From contig DATKTN010000322.1 of NCBI GenBank assembly GCA_035531135.1, forward strand, positions 458-64,457: a stretch of 64,000 nt of DNA, in the 5' to 3' direction. Of the stretch, positions 9,065 through 18,985 are shown one piece after another. Positions within the stretch are counted from its first letter, which is position 1; every line of letters begins with the position of its first letter. The stretch is from Anaerolineae bacterium. GTDB taxonomy: Bacteria; Chloroflexota; Anaerolineae; B4-G1. The notes beneath the pieces were generated by a model, which was given only the letters and a program-made list of their open reading frames with translations, was not told where the DNA came from and made no database searches. Made by a program: the position numbers and the translations under genes.

Positions 9065-10488
9065 GCCCTCCCCAACGCGTTGACGATCTCTTCCATCTTC
9101 ATCGCCCGCGAACCCTTGACCAGAATCACGTCGTCGCCGGTCACCATCTGCTCGAGCAGCGCGACCGCCTCTGCATTCCCCTCGACGATGTGCACCCGGT
9201 CGGCCGGCATGCCCCAGCGCCGTGCCGCCTGGCCAATGATCCGCCCCCGCGGCCCAACCGCGATGAGCACATCGGCCACCTCCAGCGCCCGCATCCCCAC
9301 CTTCACGTGCCCCTCTTCCTCGTAATCGCCCAGCTCGAGCATATCGCCCAGGACGGCGATCTTGCGCCCGTCGAGTTCATCCAACAAGTTGAGCGCAGCA
9401 ATCGTCGAGGCCGGGCTGGCGTTATACGTGTCGTCCAAGATGGTGGTGCCCTTCGGCCCGGGGACCGCCACCAGCCGCAGTTGCGCGGACGGCCCCCGCA
9501 GCCCTTCGATGACCTCCTGCCAGGTCAATTCCTCGACCAGTCCCACTGCCGCCGCCCGCAGCGCGGTGTGGACGGAATGCCGCCCCAGGAGCGGGATCTT
9601 GACGTGCAGTGTCTCATGCCCATAATGGAGCCGGAAACGAATCCCCTCCAGCCCCAATCCTTCGATGCGGTCGGCCCACAGGTCCGCTTCGGGCGAGAGG
9701 CCGTAATAGAGCACGCGAGCCTGGGTCGACTTGGCCATCTCCCGGACGTGTTCGTCGTCATAGTTCAGGATCGCCACCCCCTCGGGTGCCGGCGGCAGCG
9801 CTTTTATGAGCTCGGTCTTGGCCTCCACAATGCGCTCAAAAGTCCCGGCCCGTTCGAGATGGACCGGACGGACGATGGTCACAACGCCGACGTGAGGTAG
9901 CGCGATACGGGCCAGGTCGGCGATCTCACCTACGTCGTACATCCCCATCTCCAGCACAACGCGCTCGTGCTCGTCCGTCAGGTGCACCAGCGTCAACGGC
10001 AGGCCAATCTCGTTGTTGTAACTGGCCTCGCTCTTGAGCATAACGTAGCGGCGCGCCAACACCGCCGCCGCCAGTTCCTTCGTCGTCGTCTTCCCCACAC
10101 TCCCCGTGATACCGACGACACGCACACTGTGCTGTCGCCGCCAGAAGGCCGCCACCTGCTGGATGGCCCGCAGACTATCGGCCACCTTGAGCACCAATGG
10201 CAACGCCCAGGCGCTGGGCAGCTCCGGAGCCGGGCCGGTCAAGTCCAGCACGAGCCCAGATGAGGCCACGTCCCGCTCGACAATCGCCGCCACCGCCCCT
10301 CGTGAGAAGGCATCAGCGACGTAGTCGTGACCGTCCGCGCGCTCGCCCTTGAGCGCGACGAACAACGCGCCGGGCTCGACCTGTCGCGAATCTATCACCG
10401 TCCTCGAGACCGGCTGCTCCAGTCCCTCCGGCCGGTCCCCCGTCAACCCTTCCACCACATCCGCCAGCGTCAACCTTCCCCCACTCAT
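9061..10488 (-). CDS. murF: UDP-MurNAc-tripeptide--D-alanyl-D-alanine ligase MurF
   Basis: Segments match MurF: DSRQVEPGALFVALKGERADGHDY, GITGSVGKTTTKE, LGRHSVHTALRAAAVG (the GxHNxxNALAA-type motif), ILDDTYNASPASTIAAL. It lacks the murE-type DNPR motif. Confidence 0.85.
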   Translation of the reverse strand: MSGGRLTLADVVEGLTGDRPEGLEQPVSRTVIDSRQVEPGALFVALKGERADGHDYVADAFSRGAVAAIVERDVASSGLVLDLTGPAPELPSAWALPLVLKVADSLRAIQQVAAFWRRQHSVRVVGITGSVGKTTTKELAAAVLARRYVMLKSEASYNNEIGLPLTLVHLTDEHERVVLEMGMYDVGEIADLARIALPHVGVVTIVRPVHLERAGTFERIVEAKTELIKALPPAPEGVAILNYDDEHVREMAKSTQARVLYYGLSPEADLWADRIEGLGLEGIRFRLHYGHETLHVKIPLLGRHSVHTALRAAAVGLVEELTWQEVIEGLRGPSAQLRLVAVPGPKGTTILDDTYNASPASTIAALNLLDELDGRKIAVLGDMLELGDYEEEGHVKVGMRALEVADVLIAVGPRGRIIGQAARRWGMPADRVHIVEGNAEAVALLEQMVTGDDVILVKGSRAMKMEEIVNALGRA

Positions 10489-12203
10489 CTTACCGCCTCC
10501 GCCATTCTCGTACCATCAGGTGGGATACCCAGGACGACGAACAGGCGGGCAGCCAGCCGCCGAAACGACCGCGCTGCCGTCTCGGAAGCCCAGGACGAAG
10601 TCTTGGGCCGATCCAGTTTGACCAGGATAATGAGCTGGGGATCAGGCACCGGCCCAAATCCAACGAAGGATGCAATCGTCCCCTCCTTATCGTACCCGCC
10701 CGGGATGGGAATCTGCGCCGTGCCTGTCTTGCCCGCGACGCGGTATCCCTCCACCCTGGCCTGGGGAACCCCCTCCTCCACCACCCGCACCATCACCTCG
10801 ATCAACGTACGCGCCGTCTGCGGAGAAATCGCCTGCGACTCGACCATCGGTTGGTAAGTGGAGACCGTGCCATCGGAGGCAACGCGCCGGCCCACAACGT
10901 GAGGCCGCAGCCGGGTTCCGTCGTTGGCCACTGTCGCCACCGCGCTGATCATCTGGAGCGGCGTCACCGCCAGCCCTTGCCCGAAGGAATTCGTCCCCAG
11001 GTTAGAGTCATGCCAACGCTCGTAATCCTCCGGCAGCAACAACTGGCCGGCTACCTCACCCGCCAGGTCAACCCCCGCCGGTCGTCCGAAGCCGAACGCC
11101 TGCAAATAGCGGTAGAACACGCCAGGCCCCATCTGCGTGGCCAACCAGGCCGTCCCCACGTTGAGCGAACGGATCAGGATATCGGCCACCGTCTGATCGC
11201 CATACGCCTGGCGGGAGGCATTCGCGATCCTCAATCCTCCCACCTCGATCCAGCCCTGGTCGTGGTAGGTCGTCTCGGGCGTCGCCAGCCCCGCATCGAG
11301 CGCTGCGGCCACTGTCAGGACCTTGGCCACGGAGCCCGGTTCGTACTGCTGGCTCACAGCCGGATCCTCAAAGGGAAGCAGGTCATGGCCATAAAAGTCC
11401 GTGTACCGCCCTGGATCGTAATTGGGCAGGCTGGCGAGCGCCAGGATCTCGAACGTGCGGGGGTCCATCACGATGATCGTGCCCCCCTCAGCCTGATACT
11501 CCTGCACGGAGCGCGCCAGTTCCTGCTCGGCCAGGGCCTGCACCGTCCGGTCGAGCGTCAGCACCAACCCGGCCCCTGGTTGAGGCAACACGACCGGAGC
11601 GACGCGCCAGGGGACCTGCTCACTGGCGAGGTCTACCGGTCCTTCCCACTCCACGTGCTGTGGCCGCAGGAGCGTATCGTGAAACCCCTCAACGCCATAG
11701 AAGCCCACGCCCTCGGCGTTGCAGAAGCCAATGACGTGCGAGGCCAGCACGCCCTCCGGATACTCCCGCACCCATAGGGGCTCGACCCTGATACCCCCAA
11801 GCCCCAGCGCCGCAATCTGGTCTCCAAGCTCCTTCGACACGGGAGACATGATCTGGACCCACGGGGCCTCGCTGCGCAGCAACTGTTTGACGTGAGCCGC
11901 CGGGATGTGCAATAGCGGCCCCAACTCCGCAGCCGCTGCCTCGACATCCACGACGTAGGCCGTGTCCGCCTCGACCGAACACATCACTGCGTTCCCTGCC
12001 AGCACATAGCCGTTCCGGTCGCGAATCACGCCCCGTGGGGGCTTGTCTATCGCGATAGGCCGCTCACGCTGCTCCTCGGCCCACGCCTTGTAGAAGCTGT
12101 GGTCGACGAGCTGCACCTGTGCCAACTGGGCCACGATCACGATCACGAGGCCGATCAACAATGTGCTCACCAACCGCAGGCGACGGCGTGGTCCTTCCGC
12201 CAT
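10485..12203 (-). CDS. ftsI: Penicillin-binding protein transpeptidase FtsI (PBP3-like)
   Basis: The ATG at 12203 has a GGAGG RBS. An N-terminal TM helix (LVSTLLIGLVIVIVAQLA), a PBP dimerisation domain and transpeptidase segments (SxxK-like ASRQAYGDQT, KTGTAQ) are present. A 4-nt overlap with murF is consistent with the dcw context. Confidence 0.85.
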   Translation of the reverse strand: MAEGPRRRLRLVSTLLIGLVIVIVAQLAQVQLVDHSFYKAWAEEQRERPIAIDKPPRGVIRDRNGYVLAGNAVMCSVEADTAYVVDVEAAAAELGPLLHIPAAHVKQLLRSEAPWVQIMSPVSKELGDQIAALGLGGIRVEPLWVREYPEGVLASHVIGFCNAEGVGFYGVEGFHDTLLRPQHVEWEGPVDLASEQVPWRVAPVVLPQPGAGLVLTLDRTVQALAEQELARSVQEYQAEGGTIIVMDPRTFEILALASLPNYDPGRYTDFYGHDLLPFEDPAVSQQYEPGSVAKVLTVAAALDAGLATPETTYHDQGWIEVGGLRIANASRQAYGDQTVADILIRSLNVGTAWLATQMGPGVFYRYLQAFGFGRPAGVDLAGEVAGQLLLPEDYERWHDSNLGTNSFGQGLAVTPLQMISAVATVANDGTRLRPHVVGRRVASDGTVSTYQPMVESQAISPQTARTLIEVMVRVVEEGVPQARVEGYRVAGKTGTAQIPIPGGYDKEGTIASFVGFGPVPDPQLIILVKLDRPKTSSWASETAARSFRRLAARLFVVLGIPPDGTRMAEAVR

Positions 12204-12261
12204 CGAAACATCCTCCTGAGCGCGGCGCCCCCTCCACCAGATTCGAGCGCCCGCACGAACC

Positions 12262-12594
12262 CTATGGCTCCCCAGCCACCGGCCGTAGAAACTCGACGTC
12301 TTCAGCCGGCGCGAAGCCCAGCTCAATCGCCCGCTCCCAAATGTGGGAGATGGAGCCTTCGCTAGCGATTTCCACCTCCAGTTGCTCGTTCTCCCTCCGG
12401 AGCCGGAATAGCTCCGCCTCCAGTTGCTGGATGTGACGCCCCCGAGCTGCCGTCCGGCTGACCAACATCAAGTAGAGGGCAGCCATCACCGTCAGCACCA
12501 CGACAAGCGCGAACAAGCGGAGAGCCAACCGCGGGCTCACCTCGAAGCGGCCGCGCTTGATCCCGTGCGTCACCCATTGCATGAAATCGGACAT
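12262..12594 (-). CDS. ftsL: Cell division protein FtsL-like (septum formation initiator family)
   Basis: 110 aa with a single TM helix (LFALVVVLTVMAALYLMLV) followed by a coiled coil (QQLEAELFRLRRENEQLEVEIA). It lies between rsmH and ftsI. Confidence 0.7.
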   Translation of the reverse strand: MSDFMQWVTHGIKRGRFEVSPRLALRLFALVVVLTVMAALYLMLVSRTAARGRHIQQLEAELFRLRRENEQLEVEIASEGSISHIWERAIELGFAPAEDVEFLRPVAGEP

Positions 12595-12628
12595 CGCTCA
12601 CCCGCTTCCCGCCCCCTGCTCACCAACC

Positions 12629-13549
12629 TCATATCCGCTCCGCCACCCTCAGCCGCGCCGAGCGCGCCCGTGGGTTGGCAGCGATCTCCTCCGCCGTGGG
12701 GCGGATGGGCTTGTGCGTGACCCACCGCAACGTGGCTCGATGGCCACAGGTGCAGACCGGCATCGCCGGCGGACAGACGCAGTCCCGGCTCTCCTGGCGC
12801 ATAAAACGCTTCACCGGCCGATCCTCCAGCGAGTGAAAACTGATCACCGCCAGCCGGCCGCCAGGGGCAAGTATCTCAACGGCCTGGGGCAACGCCACTT
12901 CAAGCGCATTCAGCTCGTCGTTCACGGCGATGCGCAGCGCCTGAAACGTACGCGTGGCCGGGTGAATGCGCCCGCGTCGCCCCACCGCCTGCTCAACGAC
13001 GGCGGCCAACTCTTTCGTCGTGTGAAGCGGGCGGGCGGCCACGATCGCCCCCGCGATACGGCGCGCCTGCCTCTCCTCGCCATACCGATACAGGAGTGCC
13101 GTCAGCTCTTCCGGCGAAAGACAGTTCACCAGCGCCGCCGCGCTGTCCCCCCCCTCCATCGGATCGAAACGCATGTCCAGTGGCCCGTCCGCCATGAAAG
13201 CAAAGCCACGGCTGGGATCGGCCAGTTGGAGCGAGGAGAGCCCCAGATCAAACAGAACACCGTCCGCCGGGACGAACTGGCGTGCACGCGCGACCTCCGC
13301 CAGACGGGTGAAGGAACTGTGCACAAGCACCACTCTCCCGGTGCACGAGGCCAGGCGGACGCGGGCCCCCTCTACCGCTGCCGGATCCCGATCCAGGCCC
13401 AGGAGGCGTCCATCGGGGGACGAGGCCGCCAGTATCCCGGCCGCGTGCCCCCCCCCTCCCACCGTCGCGTCTATGTACCGGCCACCGGGCCTGACCTGCA
13501 GGCCATTGAGAACCGCTTGGAAAAGAACGGGGACGTGGGTTTGCTTCAT
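12629..13549 (-). CDS. rsmH: 16S rRNA (cytosine1402-N4)-methyltransferase RsmH (MraW)
   Basis: The start [36 protein letters not shown] (ATG at 13549) is the typical RsmH N-terminus; SAM-binding segments are present. It is the second gene of the dcw cluster. Confidence 0.9.
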   Translation of the reverse strand: MKQTHVPVLFQAVLNGLQVRPGGRYIDATVGGGGHAAGILAASSPDGRLLGLDRDPAAVEGARVRLASCTGRVVLVHSSFTRLAEVARARQFVPADGVLFDLGLSSLQLADPSRGFAFMADGPLDMRFDPMEGGDSAAALVNCLSPEELTALLYRYGEERQARRIAGAIVAARPLHTTKELAAVVEQAVGRRGRIHPATRTFQALRIAVNDELNALEVALPQAVEILAPGGRLAVISFHSLEDRPVKRFMRQESRDCVCPPAMPVCTCGHRATLRWVTHKPIRPTAEEIAANPRARSARLRVAERI

Positions 13550-13611
13550 CCCATCCTTTCGCTGCATATCGCGTTCACCAGCGCAAAGATCAGGCTGTGA
13601 CGCTTCATTAG

Positions 13612-14040
13612 TCAGATGCCCAGGGCCGCCCATCCTTCAACGTCCACGTCCTCTGCCTCGACGCGCCCGCGCTCCTCGTCCCAGGAACCCGGGTTCCACA
13701 CCTCGATGAACGTGTCGAGCCCGGTGACGACGACATCGCCATCGAGCCCGGCGTACTCCCGCAAGCGCGGGGGGATAAGCACACGGCCCTGCTTGTCGGG
13801 GATCGCATCGGCGGCATCGGCAAAGACCAGGCGGCGGAAGGCACGGGCACGTCGATCGGTCATCGGCAAAGCGCTCACCTTTTCTGCCAGCCGTTCCCAT
13901 TCCTCCATGGGGTAAACCGCCAGGCAGCGATCAATCCCCCGGGTGACGACGAGACCGGCCGCCAGGTCGGCCCGGAACTTGGCGGGGACGGTCAGCCGCC
14001 CTTTCCCATCAATGGTATGGACAAACGCTCCCAGGAACAT
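13612..14040 (-). CDS. mraZ: Transcriptional regulator MraZ
   Basis: The start [23 protein letters not shown] (ATG at 14040, GGGGGAG RBS) is the canonical MraZ N-terminus, with duplicated SpoVT/AbrB-like halves. It is the first gene of the dcw cluster. Confidence 0.9.
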   Translation of the reverse strand: MFLGAFVHTIDGKGRLTVPAKFRADLAAGLVVTRGIDRCLAVYPMEEWERLAEKVSALPMTDRRARAFRRLVFADAADAIPDKQGRVLIPPRLREYAGLDGDVVVTGLDTFIEVWNPGSWDEERGRVEAEDVDVEGWAALGI

Positions 14041-14099
14041 GGCGTCGTACTCCCCCACAAAGGAACAGAAATTATGCACCAGGCAGGAGGGTGCCCCAC

Positions 14100-14200
14100 T
14101 TTGCCCCACCCTCCCCCACAACTACCCAATTATACACTATTTTTTCCCATTTGGCTAGTACCTGGCGAAATTTTTAAGGTTCGGAGAGTAGGAAATTGGT
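14100..14200 (-). promoter_or_regulatory. Putative mra promoter region upstream of mraZ
   Basis: The minus strand reads ccgaaccttaaaaatttcgcc...tagcca-17nt-gtgTATAATtggg (the -10 box is at plus 14129-14134). It has an A/T-rich upstream stretch and a weak -35. Confidence 0.4.
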
Positions 14201-14355
14201 ACTATGTTGCACAATCAGAAGCCGTCCGGTCGGAAACCGGACGGCGCTGAAAACCAGAAACCACCCGAAGGCTCGGAATCCTCGGGAGGTTCTTCACGCA
14301 TGGGATATCTGATCTCTCACCCCACCACCCGATCCGAATCGGTGCAGGCCACGCC

Positions 14356-16191
14356 CTACACCGCACCAGCGGCAAAACCCAGGCCCAGCCGTTCCAGTGT
14401 CTCCAACGTGGGCTCACCGGTGGCCGGATCCCAACCGTACTCGGCGTACGCCCCGGAAAGAAGCACGCCCAGGTCGGGAACCGTTCCCTCGGTGCCGCCG
14501 CCGTCCAGCGGCTGCATCAGCAGGTCGGGCAACCGGTCGTCGGCACGGGCGAGGCCACGTCGCAGGTTGAGCATCCGCTTGAGCGTGACGATGCGCTTAC
14601 CGAGTGTCAGCAGGTCATCGGGTCCCAGTTCCCACCCCGTCGAGGCATTCAGTGCCGCGAGCAGCCGCTCGACGCCGGGGTTCTGGAACTGGCACAGCGT
14701 GAGGGCGTTGTACAGATTGCGCCAGGCCTGCTGCCTGGCGGCGATCCCCCCCTTCACCTTCGTCATCTCAAAGCGGTCGCCCGGCAGGATGCCCAGCTCG
14801 AAGGCCGGGCCCTGCCCCGTGTCCACGCCGTACATGTCGCCCTCCATGTGGCAGGCACCACGCGGCGCGAGGGCGTAGGTCACCGCCATGCCGACGAACG
14901 CGCGCGGATCGTGCATCGGCACCTCCAGCCGATTGACGGTCACCGCCAGCTCCGGCACTCTGAACCGCTCGGCCAGCGTGGCGCTTCCATCGGCCAGCAC
15001 GTCGCCAAAGCCCTCGCGGCGAGCGATCATCTCGACCAGGCGGTGGATCACCTGGACGTCGCCGTAGCGGATCTCCAGGCCGCCCGTGTCGGCCGGGTTG
15101 AGGATACCGCGCTCAAACATCTCGCAGGCCAGCGCGATGGTGCAGCCAGCGCTGATAGTGTCCAGGCCGTAGACGTTGCAAAGGTGCCCGGCATAGATGA
15201 CGGCCTCCAGGTCATCCACCATGGCCAGCGAGCCGAACGCCCCCACCGTCTCGTACTCGGGTCCGTCCACCCTGTCCACGCCGAAACTGGGTGCGCGGGT
15301 CTCACGGCCGCAGGCGATGGGACAGCGATAGCAGGCGACGTTCCGGTTCTGGTACTGGTCCACCATCAGCACGCCGGAGAGGTTGCTCGCCTCCGCCCAC
15401 TCCCCCTGCTGATAGTAGCGGGTGGGCAGGTCGCCGTACATCAACGCCATGTCCACGTAACCGGCGGTGCCGGCCAGCCGGATCGCCATCGCCGCCATGT
15501 CCTCGTCCAGATCGGCGATGATCTGCCGCACGACGGCCTTGAACCCGATGGGATCGGCCAGGGGGACCCGGGCCTTGCCGCGCAGGCCGATGGCCTTGAG
15601 GTTCTTGGAACCCATGACCGCGCCCATGCCAGTCCGGCCGGCCGCACGCCCGTGGTCGTTCATGACGGCGGCCATCTTGACCAGGTTCTCACCCGCCAGG
15701 CCGACGCAGGCCACGCGGGCCTTTGGCTCACCCAGAGCCCGGCGCACTCGCTCCTGTGTTTCGTACGAATCGCTGCCCCACAGGCCAGTCGCGTCGTGCA
15801 GTTCGGGCCGGCCTTCGACGATCGACAGCCACACCGGCTTCTCGGCCCGGCCGGTGACGACGATCCCATCGTAGCCGGCGAAGCGCAACTCTGGGCCAAT
15901 GAAGCCGCCCGTGTTGGATTCGCCCCAGATGCGGGTGAGGGGCGAGAGCGCACATACGCTGCACCGGCCGGCCGAGGGCATCGCCGTGCCGACCAGCGGG
16001 CCGGTCATAAAGACGAGCGGGTTGTCCGGCCCCAACGGATCGGTGTCCCCATCGACCATGTCGTACATGATGCGTGCCGCCAGGCCGCTGCCGCCGACAA
16101 AGTCGCGAGCGTACCCCTCGTCCAGCGTCTCGTCCCACGTTTTCCCCGCCCTGAGATCAACGCGCAAGATTTTTCCCATGTAGCCGTTCAT
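14356..16191 (-). CDS. Aldehyde:ferredoxin oxidoreductase (tungsten/molybdopterin AOR family)
   Basis: The start MNGYMGKILRVDL (ATG at 16191 after an AAGGAG RBS) matches the AOR N-terminal pattern, M-G-K-ILRV-L. Its length, about 611 aa, is typical of the family. Confidence 0.8.
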   Translation of the reverse strand: MNGYMGKILRVDLRAGKTWDETLDEGYARDFVGGSGLAARIMYDMVDGDTDPLGPDNPLVFMTGPLVGTAMPSAGRCSVCALSPLTRIWGESNTGGFIGPELRFAGYDGIVVTGRAEKPVWLSIVEGRPELHDATGLWGSDSYETQERVRRALGEPKARVACVGLAGENLVKMAAVMNDHGRAAGRTGMGAVMGSKNLKAIGLRGKARVPLADPIGFKAVVRQIIADLDEDMAAMAIRLAGTAGYVDMALMYGDLPTRYYQQGEWAEASNLSGVLMVDQYQNRNVACYRCPIACGRETRAPSFGVDRVDGPEYETVGAFGSLAMVDDLEAVIYAGHLCNVYGLDTISAGCTIALACEMFERGILNPADTGGLEIRYGDVQVIHRLVEMIARREGFGDVLADGSATLAERFRVPELAVTVNRLEVPMHDPRAFVGMAVTYALAPRGACHMEGDMYGVDTGQGPAFELGILPGDRFEMTKVKGGIAARQQAWRNLYNALTLCQFQNPGVERLLAALNASTGWELGPDDLLTLGKRIVTLKRMLNLRRGLARADDRLPDLLMQPLDGGGTEGTVPDLGVLLSGAYAEYGWDPATGEPTLETLERLGLGFAAGAV

Positions 16192-16210
16192 GATCCACTC
16201 CTTGCGCACA

Positions 16211-16231
16211 GGGCAAGTTAGCCACTTGCCC
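16211..16231. other. Perfect 8-bp inverted repeat GGGCAAGT-tagcc-ACTTGCCC between the ADH stop and the AOR RBS
   Basis: Seen directly. There is no T-tract, and the AOR RBS follows immediately, so it is more likely an mRNA structural element than an intrinsic terminator. Confidence 0.5.
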
Positions 16232-16240
16232 TACGTGCTC

Positions 16241-17404
16241 CTAGAAATCTATGGGCCGGCCCTCGTGGGCATACACGAAAAGCTGGCGGAGTTCATCGTA
16301 GGAGGGAGCACGACAGGTGGTGAGTATCTGCGTGTCGTTGAAGGCGTCGTCCACCAGCTTTTCCAGTTGTGCCTCAAAGGCCGCGGCATCGACGCCGGCC
16401 TCAGCGATGCTGGTGGGGTTGCCGATCTCGCGACACAGGTCGCGGATCGCCCTGGCCAGCGCCCGCGCGGCCTCCTCGCCCTCCGCCTGCGTGCAGCCGA
16501 GCAGGGCTGCCATCTCCGCGAACCGCTCCGGTGCCTCTCGGGCGGCGAACTCGATCGTAACCGGCAAGCAGAGGCCCACGGCACGGCCGTGAGGTACGTG
16601 AAACACCGCGCCCAGCACGTGCCCCATGGCGTGGGCCATCGAGGCCATGGCGTTGCCAAAGCCCAGGCCCGCACAGGTAGCGGCGTTGTGCATCCGCTCC
16701 CGGGCCCTCTTGTCTGAGCCATCGGCCACGGCGCGGGGCAGATACCGAAAGACGTGTCGGGCGGCGTTGATGCACAGCCCGTCGGTCAGGTCGGTGTGCC
16801 AGGTGCAGGTGTAGCCCTCGACGGCGTGCGTCAGCGCATCGAGGCCGGTGTCGGCGGTCAACTGGGGGGGCATCCCGGCAGCCATCGCCGGATCGACGAT
16901 GGCGATGTCGGCCACGTTCTCGCGGTTACCCACCCCCATCTTCCGCTGCTCCTCGGCGTCGGTCAGCACGATGCCCCAGGTGACCTCGGCGCCGGTGCCG
17001 CTGGTGGTCGGGATCGTGATCAGACGTGCCTTCTGGCGCAGGCCCAGGGAGACGAAGGGGTTGATCTCGGCCGCCTGCAGGTCAGGCCGCTCGTAGAGCA
17101 CCCAGATGGCCTTGGCGGCGTCCATCGGCGAGCCCCCACCCAGCCCGACGATCCAGTCAGGCCCATATTCCTGCGCCACCTGCACCCCCTGGCGTACCGT
17201 CTGCACACTGGGGTCGGGCTCCACCTCGTCGAAGGTGCGCATCTCGATACCCGCCCGGTCCAGGTGCACCTTCACTTTGTCCACCAGGCCCAGTTGGACC
17301 AGCGTGGCGTCGGTGACGACGAGCGCGCGCCGGCCCTCCAACTCATCGATGGCATCCAGCGCCCCTTCACCGAAGATGATCTGCGGCGAGACAAAGTACC
17401 ACAT
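16241..17404 (-). CDS. Iron-containing alcohol dehydrogenase (Fe-ADH family)
   Basis: 387 aa. The GGGSPMDAAKA motif and the metal-binding His cluster (HAMGH...H) mark a group III alcohol dehydrogenase. Confidence 0.85.
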   Translation of the reverse strand: MWYFVSPQIIFGEGALDAIDELEGRRALVVTDATLVQLGLVDKVKVHLDRAGIEMRTFDEVEPDPSVQTVRQGVQVAQEYGPDWIVGLGGGSPMDAAKAIWVLYERPDLQAAEINPFVSLGLRQKARLITIPTTSGTGAEVTWGIVLTDAEEQRKMGVGNRENVADIAIVDPAMAAGMPPQLTADTGLDALTHAVEGYTCTWHTDLTDGLCINAARHVFRYLPRAVADGSDKRARERMHNAATCAGLGFGNAMASMAHAMGHVLGAVFHVPHGRAVGLCLPVTIEFAAREAPERFAEMAALLGCTQAEGEEAARALARAIRDLCREIGNPTSIAEAGVDAAAFEAQLEKLVDDAFNDTQILTTCRAPSYDELRQLFVYAHEGRPIDF

Positions 17405-17427
17405 TCCACTACCTCCTCACAGCAAAG

Positions 17428-17470
17428 CGGGCGCAGCACACTGCGCCCACAGGGCGCAGCACACTGTGCC
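17428..17470. other. Two tandem 20-bp palindromes GGGCGCAG-caca-CTGCGCCC, between the SCP2 stop and the ADH start
   Basis: Seen directly. The second copy has one mismatch. On the minus strand each is followed by a weak U-tract, then GAGGAGG and the ADH ATG. Confidence 0.6.
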
Positions 17471-17489
17471 CGCATCTTGAAGCGGATCT

Positions 17490-17900
17490 CTAGTCTCCAA
17501 AGTCCGTGGGCACGAGCGCGCAGCAGTCGACGATCTCCTTGGCCGCCTTGGGGTAGCGCATGACCTTCATCATGTTCCCCTGCAGCTTCAGTTGGCGCGT
17601 CATCATGCCCTGGATGGGATCCAGCTTGCCCTCGATGACCCGGCGCCAGGTGCCAAAGGGGGCATGGATGACGAACTCACTCTCTCGCTCGTCCTGGCTG
17701 GCCAGCACCGCCGCACCGGGGCTCTTGCCGTGTAGGAGGCCGAGGAACAGGTATGCGGTGTCCCTATATGCCTCGTCGGGTTCGACGACGAATACAAAGT
17801 CGCCCTCCCAATCCTTGGCTGATCTCTCATAGGACTCGCTCGCGTTGAGCCGGGTGCTCAGTTCCTTGATCCACTCGTCAGACGGGAATTTGAGTGCCAT
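17490..17900 (-). CDS. SCP2 (sterol-carrier-protein-2-like) domain protein
   Basis: The ATG at 17900 follows AGGAGaaaAGGAG. The approximately 136-aa protein has an SCP2-like pattern (FVFVVEPDEAYRDTAYLFLGLLHG...GKLDPIQGMMTRQLKLQGNMMKVMR). Confidence 0.65.
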   Translation of the reverse strand: MALKFPSDEWIKELSTRLNASESYERSAKDWEGDFVFVVEPDEAYRDTAYLFLGLLHGKSPGAAVLASQDERESEFVIHAPFGTWRRVIEGKLDPIQGMMTRQLKLQGNMMKVMRYPKAAKEIVDCCALVPTDFGD

Positions 17901-17939
17901 TGCTCCTTTTCTCCTTGCGCGTAATGTGTGGCTGGGAGC

Positions 17940-17995
17940 CTGTGGTGTGTATGATACACCCAATCACGGGCTTGGGCAAGAAACGACGCCGAGAA
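17940..17995 (-). promoter_or_regulatory. Putative promoter with an overlapping palindromic operator upstream of the SCP2-ADH-AOR genes
   Basis: The minus strand reads ttgccc-17nt-TATCAT, with the perfect palindrome GTGTATcATACAC (plus 17947-17959) overlapping the -10. Confidence 0.35.
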
Positions 17996-18091
17996 GCTGC
18001 ATGGACCGGACTGACAAAGCGCCGGTCTTCATCGGTGCGTCATTCGAGGCGCAGCGGCGGCGGCCCGCACACGCTCCGCCCGACACCTGGT

Positions 18092-18337
18092 TTACCGCCG
18101 TCGCCCACGACCCTGGGCTCGTTCTGGAAGCTGGCCCAGGCCAGTGATCTGCTTGAGCACGGTCAGCACGCCCAGGCTGACGGCGAGGGCCTTGCCCGGC
18201 TGGATGGCGGGCAATCGCGGCCGGCCTTCCTCGTCCACCTCGATCGGGACTGAGCGCATGTACAGGTAGGCAGCGCTCACGCCCAGCAGGGCACCCAGGA
18301 CGCCGCCGACGATCATGACCCGTGTTTTCAAGTTCAT
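18092..18337 (-). CDS. Hypothetical small membrane protein
   Basis: 81 aa with two hydrophobic helices. It abuts the upstream ORF, so the two are probably an operon pair. Confidence 0.4.
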   Translation of the reverse strand: MNLKTRVMIVGGVLGALLGVSAAYLYMRSVPIEVDEEGRPRLPAIQPGKALAVSLGVLTVLKQITGLGQLPERAQGRGRRR

Positions 18338-18631
18338 CTATCGCCTCCCTTTTACAAGCATCGCGAACGCACCAAGCCAACCCTGGACGGTCGCCAGGAA
18401 AGAATGGATCAGCAAGAGCGGCCTGATCACGGCCCGCATCGCCAGTTCGACGTAGGCCCGGGCCAGGGACAGGTAGGCCTGCGCCAACTGGAGCCAACTG
18501 GGCAGGTTCTCGTGCCGGTGGAGCCACCACAGGCCATAGACCAGCCCTCCCAGCAGCGCCAGGGGGACCAGCGCCATGGCGCACGCCTCCACCGCGAGAA
18601 GGATGAGGGAAAGATCACGTAAGGTTGGCAT
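18338..18631 (-). CDS. Hypothetical membrane protein
   Basis: About 98 aa from MPTLRDLSLILLAV, with 2-3 TM helices. Confidence 0.4.
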   Translation of the reverse strand: MPTLRDLSLILLAVEACAMALVPLALLGGLVYGLWWLHRHENLPSWLQLAQAYLSLARAYVELAMRAVIRPLLLIHSFLATVQGWLGAFAMLVKGRR

Positions 18632-18727
18632 GTTACCTGCTCTCCAAGAAATCATCCAATATCAGCACGTTTACACTCAACTGCTTCGCCAGTCGCCTGT
18701 CGTTAGTAAGGAAGGACTGAGCACCAG

Positions 18728-18985
18728 TCAAGATGCACGCTCCATCTCAATGTACTCATCAACATCGATCTGTTTCCACAGTTCAGCTCCCAGCCCCTCC
18801 AGTTCCATCACACTATGACGCGGCTGGAGTAGCGGCGTAGAACGTAGCATGTTGGTAATGTCTACCAGCATGTCGAGCCAGTCTTCTGGATTCAGTTCTC
18901 TGATGGCTCGTAGTGCTTCGTAGTACGCCGTCGATCGGCCTGCTGTGTTCGAGGTCAGCATAGCATCACCTCCACCTTCCGACAT
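18728..18985 (-). CDS. Hypothetical small protein on an AT-rich islet (possibly antitoxin-like)
   Basis: 85 aa. The C-terminal LWKQIDVDEYIEMER resembles the C-terminal motifs of some type II antitoxins. Its codon usage (aca, cta, aga, aat, gta, att, tct, gat, gtt) and local GC near 50% are atypical for this genome. Confidence 0.35.
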   Translation of the reverse strand: MSEGGGDAMLTSNTAGRSTAYYEALRAIRELNPEDWLDMLVDITNMLRSTPLLQPRHSVMELEGLGAELWKQIDVDEYIEMERAS

